NCBI GenBank assembly: GCA_014905635.1
Contig: CM026547.1
Coordinates: forward strand, 868,001 to 932,000
From: Scenedesmus sp. PABB004
Taxonomy: Eukaryota
Length of the DNA: 64,000 bases
Reading direction: 5' to 3'
Part shown: in pieces, positions 46,299 through 57,902 of the stretch
Layout of the letters: every line of letters starts with the position of its first letter
Position numbering within the stretch: position 1 is the first letter of the stretch
Notes under the pieces: generated by a model
The model's database searches: none
Seen by the model: the letters and a program-made list of their open reading frames with translations, nothing else
What the model was told of the DNA's origin: nothing
Made by a program: the position numbers and the translations under genes

Positions 46299-47411
46299 AT
46301 GCTGCTCCGCCGTGCCGCGCGCGCCGCCGCCGCCCCGTTGCCCGCAGCGCGCCGCCGCTGCTGCCGGCCCCCGCCGCGGCGCGCCATGACCGCAGGTGGC
46401 GCCGGCGCCGTCCAGGAAGGGGACCAGACGCTCTGGGTGTTTGACTTTGACCACACCATCGTCGACGGCAACACCGGTGCGCCGCGCGGCCGGCCGCGCC
46501 GCCGCTCCGTCTCCGGCGCAGACGGAGCGGCGGCGCAGACTCTCTCCGCCGCTCGGAGCTCTCCGCCGCTCGGAGCAGCAGAGACTCTCTCCGCCGGCGC
46601 AGCCGGCCCACCGCCGCCGCCGCCGCCTGCGGGCGCCACAGACACGTGGATCACGCGCGCCGCGCCGGGCGGCGACATCCCCGCCGCGCTGCGCGCGAGC
46701 GCGGCGCCGGGGCAGTGGACCGCTTTCATGCAGCGCGTGCTCACGCACCTCCACGCGCACGGCGTGCGCGCCGCGCAGCTGCAGGACGCGCTGGCGTCGC
46801 TGCCGTACACGGCCGGCATGGAGGCGCTGCTGGCGCACGTGCAGGCCGAGGTGCGGAGCGGCTCGGCGGAGGCGATCATCGTGTCCGACAGCAACTCCGC
46901 CTTCATCGACTGGATCCTCACCAGCCGCGGCCACGCCGGCGTGTTCAGGCGCGCGCGCGCGCGGGGTGCCGGGCCCCGCCCCGCGCCCGCCGCGGCGGCG
47001 CGCCGGGCCCGCCCCGCCGAGCGCCGCCCGCGCCGCGCGCCGTGCGCCGCGCTGCGCAGCCGCGTCTACACCAACCCGGCGACGCTCGCGCCAACCGGGG
47101 AGCTGCTCGTGGCGCCGCACCACACGCACGGGTGCACCGAGTGCCCTTCGAACCTGTGCAAACGCACAGTGCTCGCCGCCGCGCGGCGGCCGGCGCACTG
47201 GCGGGTCGTGTACGTCGGCGACGGCGCCAACGACCTCTGCCCGCTGCGGGCGCTGGAGCCCGGCGACGTCGCGTGCGTGCGGGCGGGCTACGCGCTGGAG
47301 CGGCTCGTCACACGCGCGGGCCCTGACGGCGGGCTCGCCGCGAGGCTCGTGACGTGGGCGAGCGGCGCCGACATCCTTGCCGCGGTCGCGGAGGGGGGCG
47401 GCACCTGCTGA
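46299..47411 (+). CDS. PHOSPHO1/2-type HAD phosphatase (phosphoethanolamine/phosphocholine, pyridoxal-phosphate or thiamine-phosphate phosphatase-like), 3 exons
   Basis: VFDFDHTIVDGNTD, IIVSDSNSAFIDWIL, VYTNPA, CPSNLCK, VVYVGDGANDLCP; introns 46477-46641 (GT) and 46949-47059 (GC). Confidence 0.9.
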   Translation: MLLRRAARAAAAPLPAARRRCCRPPPRRAMTAGGAGAVQEGDQTLWVFDFDHTIVDGNTGAPRGRPRRRSVSGADGAAAQTLSAARSSPPLGAAETLSAGAAGPPPPPPPAGATDTWITRAAPGGDIPAALRASAAPGQWTAFMQRVLTHLHAHGVRAAQLQDALASLPYTAGMEALLAHVQAEVRSGSAEAIIVSDSNSAFIDWILTSRGHAGVFRRARARGAGPRPAPAAAARRARPAERRPRRAPCAALRSRVYTNPATLAPTGELLVAPHHTHGCTECPSNLCKRTVLAAARRPAHWRVVYVGDGANDLCPLRALEPGDVACVRAGYALERLVTRAGPDGGLAARLVTWASGADILAAVAEGGGTC

Positions 47412-47842
47412 AGCAACGAGCAGCAGCGTGAGGAGTCCTGCGGAGCGCCCCAAGGGAGAGGAGAGGGCCCCTGGGCCAGCAGCAGCAGCGGCGTCACCGA
47501 CGGCGGTGCCGCCGCGCCGGGCGGTTGTGCGCGGCATGCCGGCGAGCAGGAGCCGGGCGCGGCCGCGGCGCGCTGCGATGCGGTCCAGATGCGCCGGGCC
47601 GCGCTCAAATCGAGGGTTGAACTGTGTGGGTTAGTTGCGGGCCCTGGACCGCGCGCGGCTCGCCATAAGACTCCCGCCGTCCCCGCGCTTCCCACACTGC
47701 CGTCCAGCGCCCAGCGTCGTCCGCAGCGCCGCCCGCAGCTCCAACCACTTTTCTGCTCCCGCGCCCCTGCCCTGCTCCCGGCGCGGTCTCCGCCCGGCAC
47801 ACTCACACACGCGTCGCACGCACGCAAGCGCCGTTTGACGCC

Positions 47843-49048
47843 ATGGCCAAGGCGCAGCTCCTGGTGGCGGCCTGCCTCGCGCTCCTGGTGGCCGCCTCCG
47901 CGGCGCCGGCGGACTCCTGCACCGTCCGTGAGTCGGCACACGCACGCACTCGCGTTTTCGGCGTGGCCTGCGGCTCGACAGCGCCGCGCTGGGCCGGGGG
48001 GCCGCGTCGCATGCCGGGCCAGTGACCAGCTCCCGCCCGGCTCCAGCGCGCGCCTGCGCCGCCCGGTCAGCCGGCCACGGGGCTGGCAGTGGCAGCACGT
48101 GCTCCCCGGCGCAGCGCGGCAGGCTGTGGCGCCGCCAGGGGCCCGCGCCGCCGCGCCGGCGGCACGCCGCCGCCTCCGCCGCCGCGCCAGCCCCTGGCCC
48201 GGCCCCGCGGCGGCGCCGCGGCCGCCGCCGCGCCGCCAGCAGCGCCGGCGCAGCTTGTCCGCGCTGGGGCGAGCTGCGCGGCCCGCCCGCGCCGCCCCCC
48301 GCCGCGGCGGCGCCGTAACTAACTCCGCGCGCGCGCCCGCCGCGCCGCCAGTCTCCGACGTGCAGACCGGCACGCTCAAGTCGGCCGCGCCCAAGGGCTG
48401 CCTGAACGAGGACGTGACCATGGGCATCGTGGAGGCCAAGTGCTTTGACTCGGTGGCCATGAACGTCACCAACACCACCGGCGCGGGCTGCGCCGAGGAG
48501 TCAGCGGTCTTCAACGTCACCTTTGGCGCCAAGGACTGCCAGAAGGCGCTCGCCGACATGGGCATCGACAACGTGGGCACCGGCGTGATGACGCCCGACG
48601 CCGGTGCGCGCCCTCCCGCCCGCGCAGCACGGCCCGCGCGCGGCCGCGCCCGCCCGCGTGCGCCGCCGCCGGCCCTCCGCCGCCGCCGAACCCCCGCCGC
48701 TGACCCCGCCGGCCCCGCCGCGCAGCCGGCGGCAGCGTGATCAGCGGCAACCTCACCACGGGCCAGTCGTTCAAGGGCAGCAGCGACCCGGCCGGCAACT
48801 TCATCATGAGCGTGGACGGCGTGAAGTGCGACCTCACCTACGCGGTCAAGTCGGTCGGCAAGCCGACCGCCGCCAACGCGACCGTGCTCGCCAAGGCCAA
48901 CGCGACGCTCGCCAACCTCACCGCCGCCGCCAAGGACCTGCCCGCCGCCGCGGTTGCCGCCGCGACGACCGCCGCCAAGAGCGGCGCGTCGGCGGCCGTG
49001 CCCGGCGCGCTCGCGGTCATCGCCGCCGCGCTCGCGCTCGCAATGTGA
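47843..49048 (+). CDS. Secreted, probably GPI-anchored glycoprotein (3 exons)
   Basis: Signal peptide MAKAQLLVAACLALLVAASA; 6 Cys in the mature part; 7 N-x-T sequons; C-terminal KSGA followed by hydrophobic tail VPGALAVIAAALALAM*. Confidence 0.82.
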
Positions 49049-49370
49049 GCGGCTAGCCGGCTGGCCAGTACCAGCTGGGGCGCGCCGCGCTGCTGCCGCG
49101 CGTGCGCTCGCTCGGTGCTGAGGGCCCTGGAAGCGGGCTCGCGCAGAGCGCGTTGCGTTGTCATTGCTGCCGACCGGCCGCCAGCGAGCGGCCGTGTGTG
49201 TGGGCGGACGGGCGGGCGCGCCGCCTCGGTGCGCGCTGCGCAGGGCGGCGCCGCCCGCTCGGTGTGGTGGCTGGGACCGCGGCGCGGCTGCCGACGTGCC
49301 GCGTTACGCGCGCCCAGCGCCACTGCAACCGAATCCAACCGTCCCGCGGTCACGCCGCCGGCTCGGTCGC

Positions 49371-50659
49371 TCAGCCCAGCCACGCGTTTGACTTGGCGTC
49401 GCCCTGCCCGCCGACCTTGCCGCGCGCGCTCACCGCCGCGGAGCCCCACTCGGCGCGCTGGCGCTCAAATGTGGTGGCGTAGTCGCCCGTGCCCTTGCCG
49501 CCGGGGCGGCGGTTCACGCCCGAGCGCCGCGCCGCGCGCTCCGCGTTCACAAACTTCAGCAGCTCGCCCAGCGCCGCGCGCTGCCCGGCCGCAAAGCGGC
49601 CCACGAGCCCGCCCTGCGCCGGCGGCTTGGCCACGTCCTCGATGAGCACCTCCACGCCGGTGCGCGCCCACGCGAGCTTGTGGCAGTGCGTCTTGGCCGC
49701 GACGAGGCAGTCCAGCAGCGCCTGGCGGCGCATCACCTCCAGCGTGGCGCCGTCCCACAGCGGGCCGCCGCCGCCGCCGCCGGCTGCCGCGTCGGCGGCC
49801 GCGCCAAGCGCTGGCCCCGGCGCCGCCGCCTCTGCCGCCGCCTCTGCCCTGGCCATGACCTCGCCCAGCCCAAACGGGTCGTCCTCGGCCAGCGCTGCCG
49901 CGCCCGGAGCCCCGGCCGCCGCCGGCGCCGGCGCTGTGTGCTGCGGCGCGGCCGTGCCGCCCTGCCCGCCGCTGCCCGCGCCGGCGCCGCCGCTGCTGCC
50001 CGCCCCGCCGCCGGCGCTGCTGCCCACGCCAGCGCCGGCACCGCCGCCGCCGGCGCCCGGGTGCAGGCGCGCCGCCGCGGCCTCGACGTCGGCGTCGGCG
50101 TCCGGCAGCGCCGCGATGGCGGTCTTGATGCGCGCGAGCACCTTGTTGAGGGCGAAGCTGTCGTCCGTGAACAGCTCGCCGCGCAGCAGCGCCCAGGTCT
50201 CGTAGACGCGGAGCTGCGCGCGCTGCGCCTCGCTCAACGCGTCCTCGCGCAGCAGCACCGCCTTGACCAACCGCGCATAGTCGCGGCGCAGCTGCGGCTC
50301 CAGCGCGTGCTCGGGGTGCGCAAACGCGGCGGCGACGGCCGCAAAGAGCGCGTCGACGTGCTCCGCGCCGACCGCGTCGAGCAGCTGCCGCAGCAGCGCG
50401 GCGGCCTTGGCAAACTTGGCCGCGCTGCCGATGTGGCCCGCGATCTTGGCCAGCGCCATGGCCACCTGGTCGCCCGCCGGCGGCGGCGGCGGCGGCGCGC
50501 CGTCGTCGTCGCCGCCGCCGCCCGCCGCGGGCGCCGCCTCGCTCGGCGCGTCGGGCGCCGCTGCCGCTTCCGCTGCTGCCGCCGGCTCCTCCCCCGCCTC
50601 CTCCTCCAGGCGAGCGCGCTTCTCGGGCCGCCCCTCGTCGCCCCCTGCGCCGCCTGCAT
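49371..50659 (-). CDS. Conserved green-lineage protein of unknown function, intronless; start needs a 1-nt correction near 50643
   Basis: ALAKIAGHI..KFAKA, LFTDDSF, DDPFGL and C-terminal ...AWLG* recall an uncharacterised land-plant family (from memory); GC3-biased frame. Confidence 0.72.
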
Positions 50660-51075
50660 GCCGGCGCGGCGCCTGCGGCGCGGCGCGGTGCGCGAGCAGC
50701 GGCGCGGAGCGGCGGGCCGTCTGCTGCTGCCGGCGGCGCGACTGCGACTGCGTCTGAGGGACAGTCAGGACTGGGACCGCGTGCGGCGAGTGGGTGGTGG
50801 GCAGGGGGGTGAGGGGGAGTGAAAGCTCCCCTAAATCCGAGCAGCGAGCGCTCGCGACGCACGGGTTTCTGGGCCCCCAGCCCTCGCGGCTCACGGCGTT
50901 GCGGCCAGCCGCCGGCAACCGAGCTGCCGTGCACACCCCGTCGCCTTCAACCCTCGCCGCGCCCGAGAGGCCGCGCCGCCGACGCTGCCGCCGCTGCTGC
51001 CGCTGCCGCTGCCGCGTCCGCACGCGCGCCGCCGCCGCTGGCGCGCGCCTGCCCTGGGCGCGAGGGGGCGGCTGC

Positions 51076-51717
51076 ATGGCGCAGCAGGCCGACGCCGCAA
51101 GCAGCGGCGCCGGCGGCGCGGAGCAGCGGCCGGGCAGCAGCGACGACGCGGCGCCGGCCGCGGAGCAGCGGCCGGGCAGCAGCGGCGACGGCGGCGCGGA
51201 GGAGCCGGGCGGCTGCCCCATCTGCCAGTTCATCGAGGCGGGGCCCTGCGGCGGCGAGCACAAGGTCTGGTTCGCCTGCCGGCAGGAGGCCAAGGACGCG
51301 GGCGCCGACTTTGTGCAGCACTGCGGCGACACGGTGCGCGCCGCCGGGGCCGCCGCCGTGGGCGCCGCGCCGCGGCCGCCGGCGCGGCGCCGCCGGCGCG
51401 CCGCCCGACTCCGGGCTGCGCGGCCGCGCCGCGCGCCGCAGTTTCGGGGCTTCTTCGGCTGCATGCTCGCGCACCAGGAGTACTACGCGCCCTTCCTCGA
51501 GGCCTTCCACGTCGACGCGGCGGCCTCGCAGGCGGCCATCGACGCCGCGGGCGCGGCGCCGGCGGGCGGGGCAGCGGGGGAGCAGCAGCAGGACCTGGGG
51601 CAGCGAGAGCAGCGAGAGCAGCGAGAGCAGCGAGAGCAGCGAGAGCAGCGGCAGCCAGCGGTGGGCGGGGCAGCGCCAACCGGCGGCGGCGGCAGCGGCG
51701 GGCCGGGCGGCGGCTGA
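51076..51717 (+). CDS. GCK-domain (twin-Cys, mitochondrial intermembrane-space type) protein, 2 exons
   Basis: CPICQFIEAGPCGGEHKVWFAC...DFVQHC..T|FRGFFGCMLAHQEYY; intron 51334-51441; (QRE)5 tail. Confidence 0.8.
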   Translation: MAQQADAASSGAGGAEQRPGSSDDAAPAAEQRPGSSGDGGAEEPGGCPICQFIEAGPCGGEHKVWFACRQEAKDAGADFVQHCGDTVRAAGAAAVGAAPRPPARRRRRAARLRAARPRRAPQFRGFFGCMLAHQEYYAPFLEAFHVDAAASQAAIDAAGAAPAGGAAGEQQQDLGQREQREQREQREQREQRQPAVGGAAPTGGGGSGGPGGG

Positions 51718-51973
51718 CGAGCGAGGCGGGTGCGGGTGAGCGAGCGACGCAAGTGACGCGGACGATGCGAGAGCGCATTCCTCTGAACGGATTAGCTGCG
51801 GCGCGGCGCGCCGCAGCCGAGCAACTGCGGCGGCCGACGCGGCGGGTCGTAACGCGAGCAGGCCGCCGCGTTACCGCGGCTCGGCGCGCGACCGCGCGCC
51901 TGCGCCGCGCGCTCCTGCGCGCCGCCCGCCCGGCAGCTCCGAGCCGCGCGCGCCCAGGCGCCCGCGCGCGCTT

Positions 51974-52468
51974 TCAGCCCTGGCGCCGCTCCATGCGCCG
52001 GTGCGGGAACATCTTGTCGCGCTGCTCGTACTGCGGTCGGCGGCGGCCCAGGCGGCGCGCAGAGGTCGGCGGGCGGGCGCGGCGCCGCTGCCGCCGCCGC
52101 TGCCGCCACTGCTGCTGCTGCCAGCGCGCTGCGGCCCCCGCGGCGGCGCTCACGAACGGGTTCATGCGCAGGTGGCCGTAGGCGTACGCGGGCTTGGCGT
52201 CCAGTGCCGCGTACGTGCGCCTGCGGGGGGGGGCGCGCAGCGGCGGCGCGGTGGCGCGCGGGCGCTGCTGCTGCTCGCTGCCCGCCGCTGCGCGCCGCCG
52301 CTGCGCGCCGCCGCCCCGCCGCCGGCCGGCGCCGCCCTGGGGCCCTCACGTGTCGTCCTGGTTGGACCGCGCGTTGGCCAGGCCCTCCAGGAAGCTGCTG
52401 GCGCGGGCGGAGGCGTCCTCCCGGCTCGCGGAGACGCTGTGGGAGAACCAGTCCACAATGAAGCCCAT
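51974..52468 (-). CDS. Small 80-aa protein of unknown function (3 exons)
   Basis: MGFIVDWFSH...NQDDT|RTYAALDAKPAYAYGHLRMNPF|YEQRDKMFPHRRMERRQG*; two GTGAG...CAG introns with compatible phases. Confidence 0.7.
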
Positions 52469-52806
52469 CGCGGCGGCCTGGGCAGGCCCGGGGGCGCTGC
52501 GGGGGGCCCGCGCCGCGCGGAGCCGGGGTGCGGTGGGTCGGGGGATCGACTGCCTCTCGGCCCGAGCAGCCCGCTGCGGCGTGAGCTGCGCCGGCGCTCT
52601 GCGGCCTGGGTGTGCTGGTGCCGCGCCGGGCCGGTGGTGGACGAGCGGCGCGGGCGCTAGACCTCGCCGCTGCGCCCGCGGCACGTGGTCCATCCGCGCC
52701 CGCCAGCCCGGCAGCGCCAGATCGGGGGTTTCGCCGGTGTTCCCAACGACCTCGTGTGCGTGCCGGGGGCCCGATCGCGCCGCGGGCGACGGGCGAGAGG
52801 CCCGCG

Positions 52807-54257
52807 ATGATGGCGCACCGCGGCGCCAGCGGCTTTAGCGCCCTGCCGCGGCCGCCGAGCATGCTGTTCGATCTCGAGGTGCGCGAGCGGAACCCGGGCG
52901 GCCGCTGCGCCCGCGCGGCGGTCGGGCCAGCTCGGCCGTCGGTGTCGTGCGGCCGGGCGCCGCGGCGCGGGCCCCTCGCGGCGCGCGGCGCGCTCAGGGC
53001 GGCCGCCCCGCCGCCCCCGCGCCCACAGATGGAGGACGCCGGCCAGGCGGCCACGCTGGACGCCGAGAGCTGTGCAGCCGTGCTTGCGGTCCGGGCCCTG
53101 GTCGCCAGGGCGCTCGGCGCGGCCGCGCGGGTGCGTCCCCAGGGCGCCCCAGGCGCCCCGCCGCGCCCCCACCGCCCCGCGCGGGCGCGGGCGGGCCGCA
53201 AACAGCTCCGCGTGTGCCACGGGGGCGGGCCACGGGCTAATCGGTTGCCCACCCGCCGCGCGCCCGCCCGCCCCGCTCCGCCCCGCGCGCGCAGGTCGTG
53301 GCGGACGTCGAGGCCGCGGCGGCGGCGCTCGCGGCGGCCGGCGCGCCGCTCGACGCGGCGGGCCTGGCGGCGCGCCTCGCCGCGGCGGGCTGGCGGCCGT
53401 CCGTGCGCGAGTCGCTCGGCGGCGGCGAGGGCGGCGCGTGCCTGCGCAACCTGCGCCACGCCTGCGTCGTGCTCGCGCCCCGCGGCGGCGGCTCGCCGGG
53501 CGGCTCGCCGGGCGGCGGCGGCGAGGCGGTGATCGTCGACCCGACCTTCCGCGACCAGTTTGCGATCGCGCACCCAAGCCCCCGCTACGCGGCGGTGCTC
53601 GACGCGCTGCCGCCGGTGTGGGTCGGGTCGGCGCCGCGGCTCGCGGCGCTCGTCGAGCTCGTGTGCGGCGAGATGGTGCTCGCGTTCCGCGCCGCCGGCG
53701 CGGTGCTGCCGCCGTGGCGGCAGACGGCGAGCATGCTCAGCAAGTGGCAGCCGCGGCGCTCGGTCGACCTGCCGCTCCCGGCGCCGGGGCCGCCCGGCGG
53801 CCCCGGGGCGGCGCCGCCGGCGGCGCCGGCGGCCCACCCGCGCGTGCCGCGCGTGGCCGCGCCCGCGCAGTCGCCGCACGGCCTGCTGCGCGGCGGCGCG
53901 CCGGCGGCGGCGCCGGCGCGCGCGGGCTGCGCGGCCTTCGGCAGCGCTGCGGCGAGCAGCGGCGCCAGCACCGGCAGCGCGCTCGCCGGCAGCGCGCTCG
54001 CCGGCAGCAGCACCGGCAGCTCCTGCAGCGGCGCGCGCTGCAACACGGGCGTCGCGCGCGCGCTCCTGCTGGGGCCGGAGCCGGGCAGCGCGGCGGCGGG
54101 GCAGGCGCTGTCGCGCCTGGCGCGCCAGGTGTCGGCCGGCTGCGGGTCGCGCGCGGACGAGGGCGTGCCGGCGCGGCGGCAGGTGTCCGAGCCGCTGCAG
54201 CGCGTGGTCGGCGGCTTTGCCGCGTCCGTCGCCGCGCGCGGACCGCTGGTGCTGTGA
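52807..54257 (+). CDS. DUF506 / PDDEXK-like plant-family protein (3 exons)
   Basis: IVDPTFRDQFAIAHPSPRYAAVLDALPPVWVG...EMVLAF...LPPWRQTASMLSKWQP. Confidence 0.9.
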
Positions 54258-55367
54258 AGCAGCGTGGGCGCTGGTCCCGACCAGTTGCGCATGAATTGGG
54301 AGCGTCCGGGCGCGGGGCCCCGCCCCGCCCCGCCCCGCGAGTCGCATTGCCGGCCAGGCTCTTAGGGTCCCAAGGTCTGCGTGCGTGGGCGCGTGCGCAT
54401 GGTTGCGCATGCGAGAGGGCTGGCGCATGCCATGCGCACTCGTGCGAGAGAGGCGGCCTCCTGCGCTGCCGCCGGCGCCAAGGTTCCGAGGTTCCGCTGG
54501 GAGGCGCGCGCGGCCTGCGTTTTTTTGCGCGAGGCAGGGCACACCAGGCGCAGCAGCATCAGAATCAGGTGGGGCAGTTTGGGGCGCGCCATCATCGTTG
54601 GCGCCCGGGCGCTCCGCCCAGTTTTGCCCCCACAAGGTGAAGCAGCTCAGGAGCTCAGCAGCTCGGCAGCAGCAACAGCCGGCCACGTTTTGGGCGCGAC
54701 AACGCGCCGCGGGCGGCGGCGGTGCTCGGGGGCGCCCCCCAGGGCGCGCCGCAGGCCCGCGCGCTGCGCGCTGTGGCCGGCGGACGGACGGCTCTCCCTG
54801 GAGGGCTCACGCACTTGCATCACTCTTGTGGAGGTTCACGGGTTGACGGGTCTCTGGGAGCGGGTGCGTCGTGCAGCTGCCCTGCCCTGCGCAGGCGGCT
54901 GGGTGGGTGTGCGCGTGCGTGCGTTGCGCGCAAGCGTGTGTGTGCTGACAGGTGCCTCGTCCGTCTGTCTGAACTGGGCATCGTGACGTCAGACGCCGTG
55001 TGCGCTCTCGGGCTCCCGCAAGAACTGGAGACTATGCATCGCAACGCACGGACGTAGTGGGCGGGTGCGCCGCCCGCCTGGAGCAACCGCGGCACACCAG
55101 CGGACCTCGCGGCATGCACCCAGGCGGGCAGCGGCGCTTGATGCTTGCTTGACGGCACGCCCCGCGGCGTGCTGCTGCTGCTGTGCGGGAGGTGGAGGCG
55201 GAGCGGAGGCGGCCCTGCGACGACGGGCCTGCGGCGACGCTCGGGCAGCCAAAGCGGGGCGAGGGTGCGGTGCGCGTCGGAAGGGACATGTGTGCGCGGC
55301 GGCGAGAACTGCGGGTGACGGTGACGTTCCTGTCGTAGTGACGTTCCTGTCGTAACAAGATGACGAC

Positions 55368-56480
55368 TCACCGCACGCCGCCGCTGCCCGGCTGCTGCTG
55401 CTGCTGCTTGCCGCTCCAGGGCTTGGGCCCGACCCGGCTGGCCTTGGCGCTGACCGTCTTGGCCCTGCCGCGGTGCTTGCGCGCGTCCCGCCGGTCCAGG
55501 GCCGCGACGTCCCTGCAGCCCTGCCCGCCCTCCCAGAACCGGCTGCTGCGCCCCGAGGGCTGCGCCGCCGACGAGGCGAGGCGCTTGCCGCAGAACCTGC
55601 ACGCGGCCTCGGCCGCGCTCTGCTCGCGCGAGCAGAACCCACACACCTGGCGCTTCGCCCACGCGGCGTCGTGGCCGTCAGGGACGGCCTCCTCGTGGCA
55701 CCTGCGGCGTTTGGTCGACAGCGCAGCACGCAGCACGCGGGTCGACCGGCGCGGCGCCCGCAGCCCGCGACGCGGCGGGAGCGCGCTGCCCCGAAGGCGC
55801 GGCGCCTGGCGGCTCGTCAGCGACGCACAGGTCGCACGCATAGAGGCCACCGCAGCACGGGAATCGAAGCCATCGGTGGGAGTGCCTGTAGTGCTTGCAT
55901 GACCCGTTGTAAGGTAGCGCCTCGCCCTCGCGGAGCCCCTCGGAGCCTCGGAGCCTCGCAGAGCCTCGGCCGGGGCCCCTGCCGCCGCCGGGGCCGCCGG
56001 CGGGGCCGCCCCCGCTCGGCCGCGGGCCGCGGGTGCCGCCGCCGCTGGGCGGGCCGCGCGGGACAAACGCGGCGCTGGGAAACACGACACCCAGCGTGCG
56101 GTGGCAGTGGTTGCACGCGCGGCTGGCCGGCAGCCCCACCTGCGCGTGGGCGGGAGCGGGGCGAGCGGCGCGAGCGCGGGGGTGAGCGGCGCGGCGGCGC
56201 GCGCCAGCCCGCGCGGCCTGCCCCCACGCCCTCCCTTGCTCGCCTGCTGGCCGCGCAGCGCGACGACCGCGTCACACTTTGCGCACGTGGCGGCGTAGGT
56301 CGAGGGCAGCAGGTCGAGGGGCGCACAGCCGACCACCTTGAGCCCAGCCAGCACGTTGCTGGCCTCGTGCACCAGGCGCGGGCGCAGCAGCACCGCCAGC
56401 GCCTGGCTGCACACGGGGCAGGGGCCCGCCCACTCAAACCCGCGGGCGCCCGCGCCGCGCCCGGCCCCGCCGCCGCGCGG

Positions 56481-56525
<45 letters not shown>

Positions 56526-57858
56526 GCCGGCCGCCAGCGCGCCGCCCTCAGCCGACAGCGCCGCGGTGAGGCGCGCGGCGCAGCGCCCGCACACCAGCGC
56601 CAGCTGCGCCTGGACCACCTCCAGCACGCCCACGCCGTCGAGGCTCAGCCCCTGCAGGAGCAGCGCAAAGCCGCCGGGCCCCGAGGCCTCGCCGCCCGCG
56701 CCGCCGCCGCGCAGCTGCAGCTCGTCGTCCGGTGCGCCGCCCTCGCTGCGCGCGTCGCTGCTGCCGTCGCCGTCGCTGGCGCTGCCGCTGCTGTCGCTGC
56801 TGCCGCTGCTGTAGCTGCTGCTGCTGCCGCCGGCGCCATCCTGCTGCAGCTCGTTCGGCGTGCCCGCCTCCGCGCCACCCGGCGCGGGCTCCGCTGCCGC
56901 CCCTGCCGCAGCGCTGCTGCCGGCGCCCCCACCCGCCTGCTTGGTGCGCAGCACGCGGATGCCGCCAGCGCTGCCGACCACGCGCGGCACGGCTGGCCGC
57001 GCCGCGAGCTGCCGAGGCTGCCCCGCCGGGCGCTCGCCGCCGGCACCGCCGGCACCGCCGCCGGCAAGCTGCTGCAGCTGCTCCTGCTGCTGATGGTACG
57101 CCTGCTCGAGCGTGGCGCCCGCGTGGTTTTCCAGAAAGCGGAGCGCCGAGCGCAGCTGCCACGCGGCGCCGGCGCTCCGCGCGAGCTCCGCGTCCAGCGC
57201 GCCCTGGAGCACAAACACCTCGGCCGCGGTCACGCCCCGGCTGGGCTCGACGCGCAGGCGCAGGCCGCCCTCGTCAGGGTAGCGCGCCGGCGCGAGCGAT
57301 CCCGTCACACGCAGCGCGCCGCGCCCCGGCGGCGAGCGCCACGCCGGGTCCGTGGGGCTGAGCATGAGCGAGAAATGCTGCAGCGGCGCCGCCGGCGACT
57401 CGCTGCCCTGCGCGCCGTCGTGTGCTTGCTGCTGCTGCTGCTGCGGCGGCGCCTGCTGCTCCTGCGGCGGCGGCGCCTGCTCCTGCACCGGCCGCCGCGG
57501 CGACCCTGGGGCCTGGAGCCTGAAAGCATCGCCGTAGCGGCGCTGTGCGGCGGCCACGTCCTGCAGCGCCGCCAGGTGGGGCGGCGGCTGCTCCTGCGGC
57601 CCGGGCGCCCGCGAGCCGCGGCCGCCAGCGACGCTGCTGATGCTGCCGCGGCCGCCGGGCTCGCCGCGGCCCCTGCCTCGGCCAGCCGGTCGGCCGGGGC
57701 CGGGCGCGGCGCTGCCGCACGGCGCCTGCCCCGGCACCCACGGCGCCGCAGCGGCCGACAGACGGCCAGCCGCTGAGGGCGCTGGCGGCGCTCGCAGCGC
57801 CGCTGCCGGCGCCGCCGCGGCCGCGGCCGGCGTCGGCGGCTCATGCGCGGGTGTCGGC

Positions 57859-57902
<44 letters not shown>

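Noticed and set aside
46477..47059. Both HAD phosphatase introns are 3n and stop-free (possible regulated retention)
   Set aside because: Expected by chance at this GC content, and retention would interrupt conserved motifs
7178..47411. Vitamin B6-themed cluster (GAD, Rid domain, PHOSPHO phosphatase)
   Set aside because: Genes are 10-25 kb apart with unrelated genes between them, and the Rid domain lacks its catalytic Arg
55321..55354. 17-bp direct repeat gtgacgttcctgtcgta x2 (similar short duplication at about 28813-28890)
   Set aside because: Simple local duplications in 3' UTRs with no further structure
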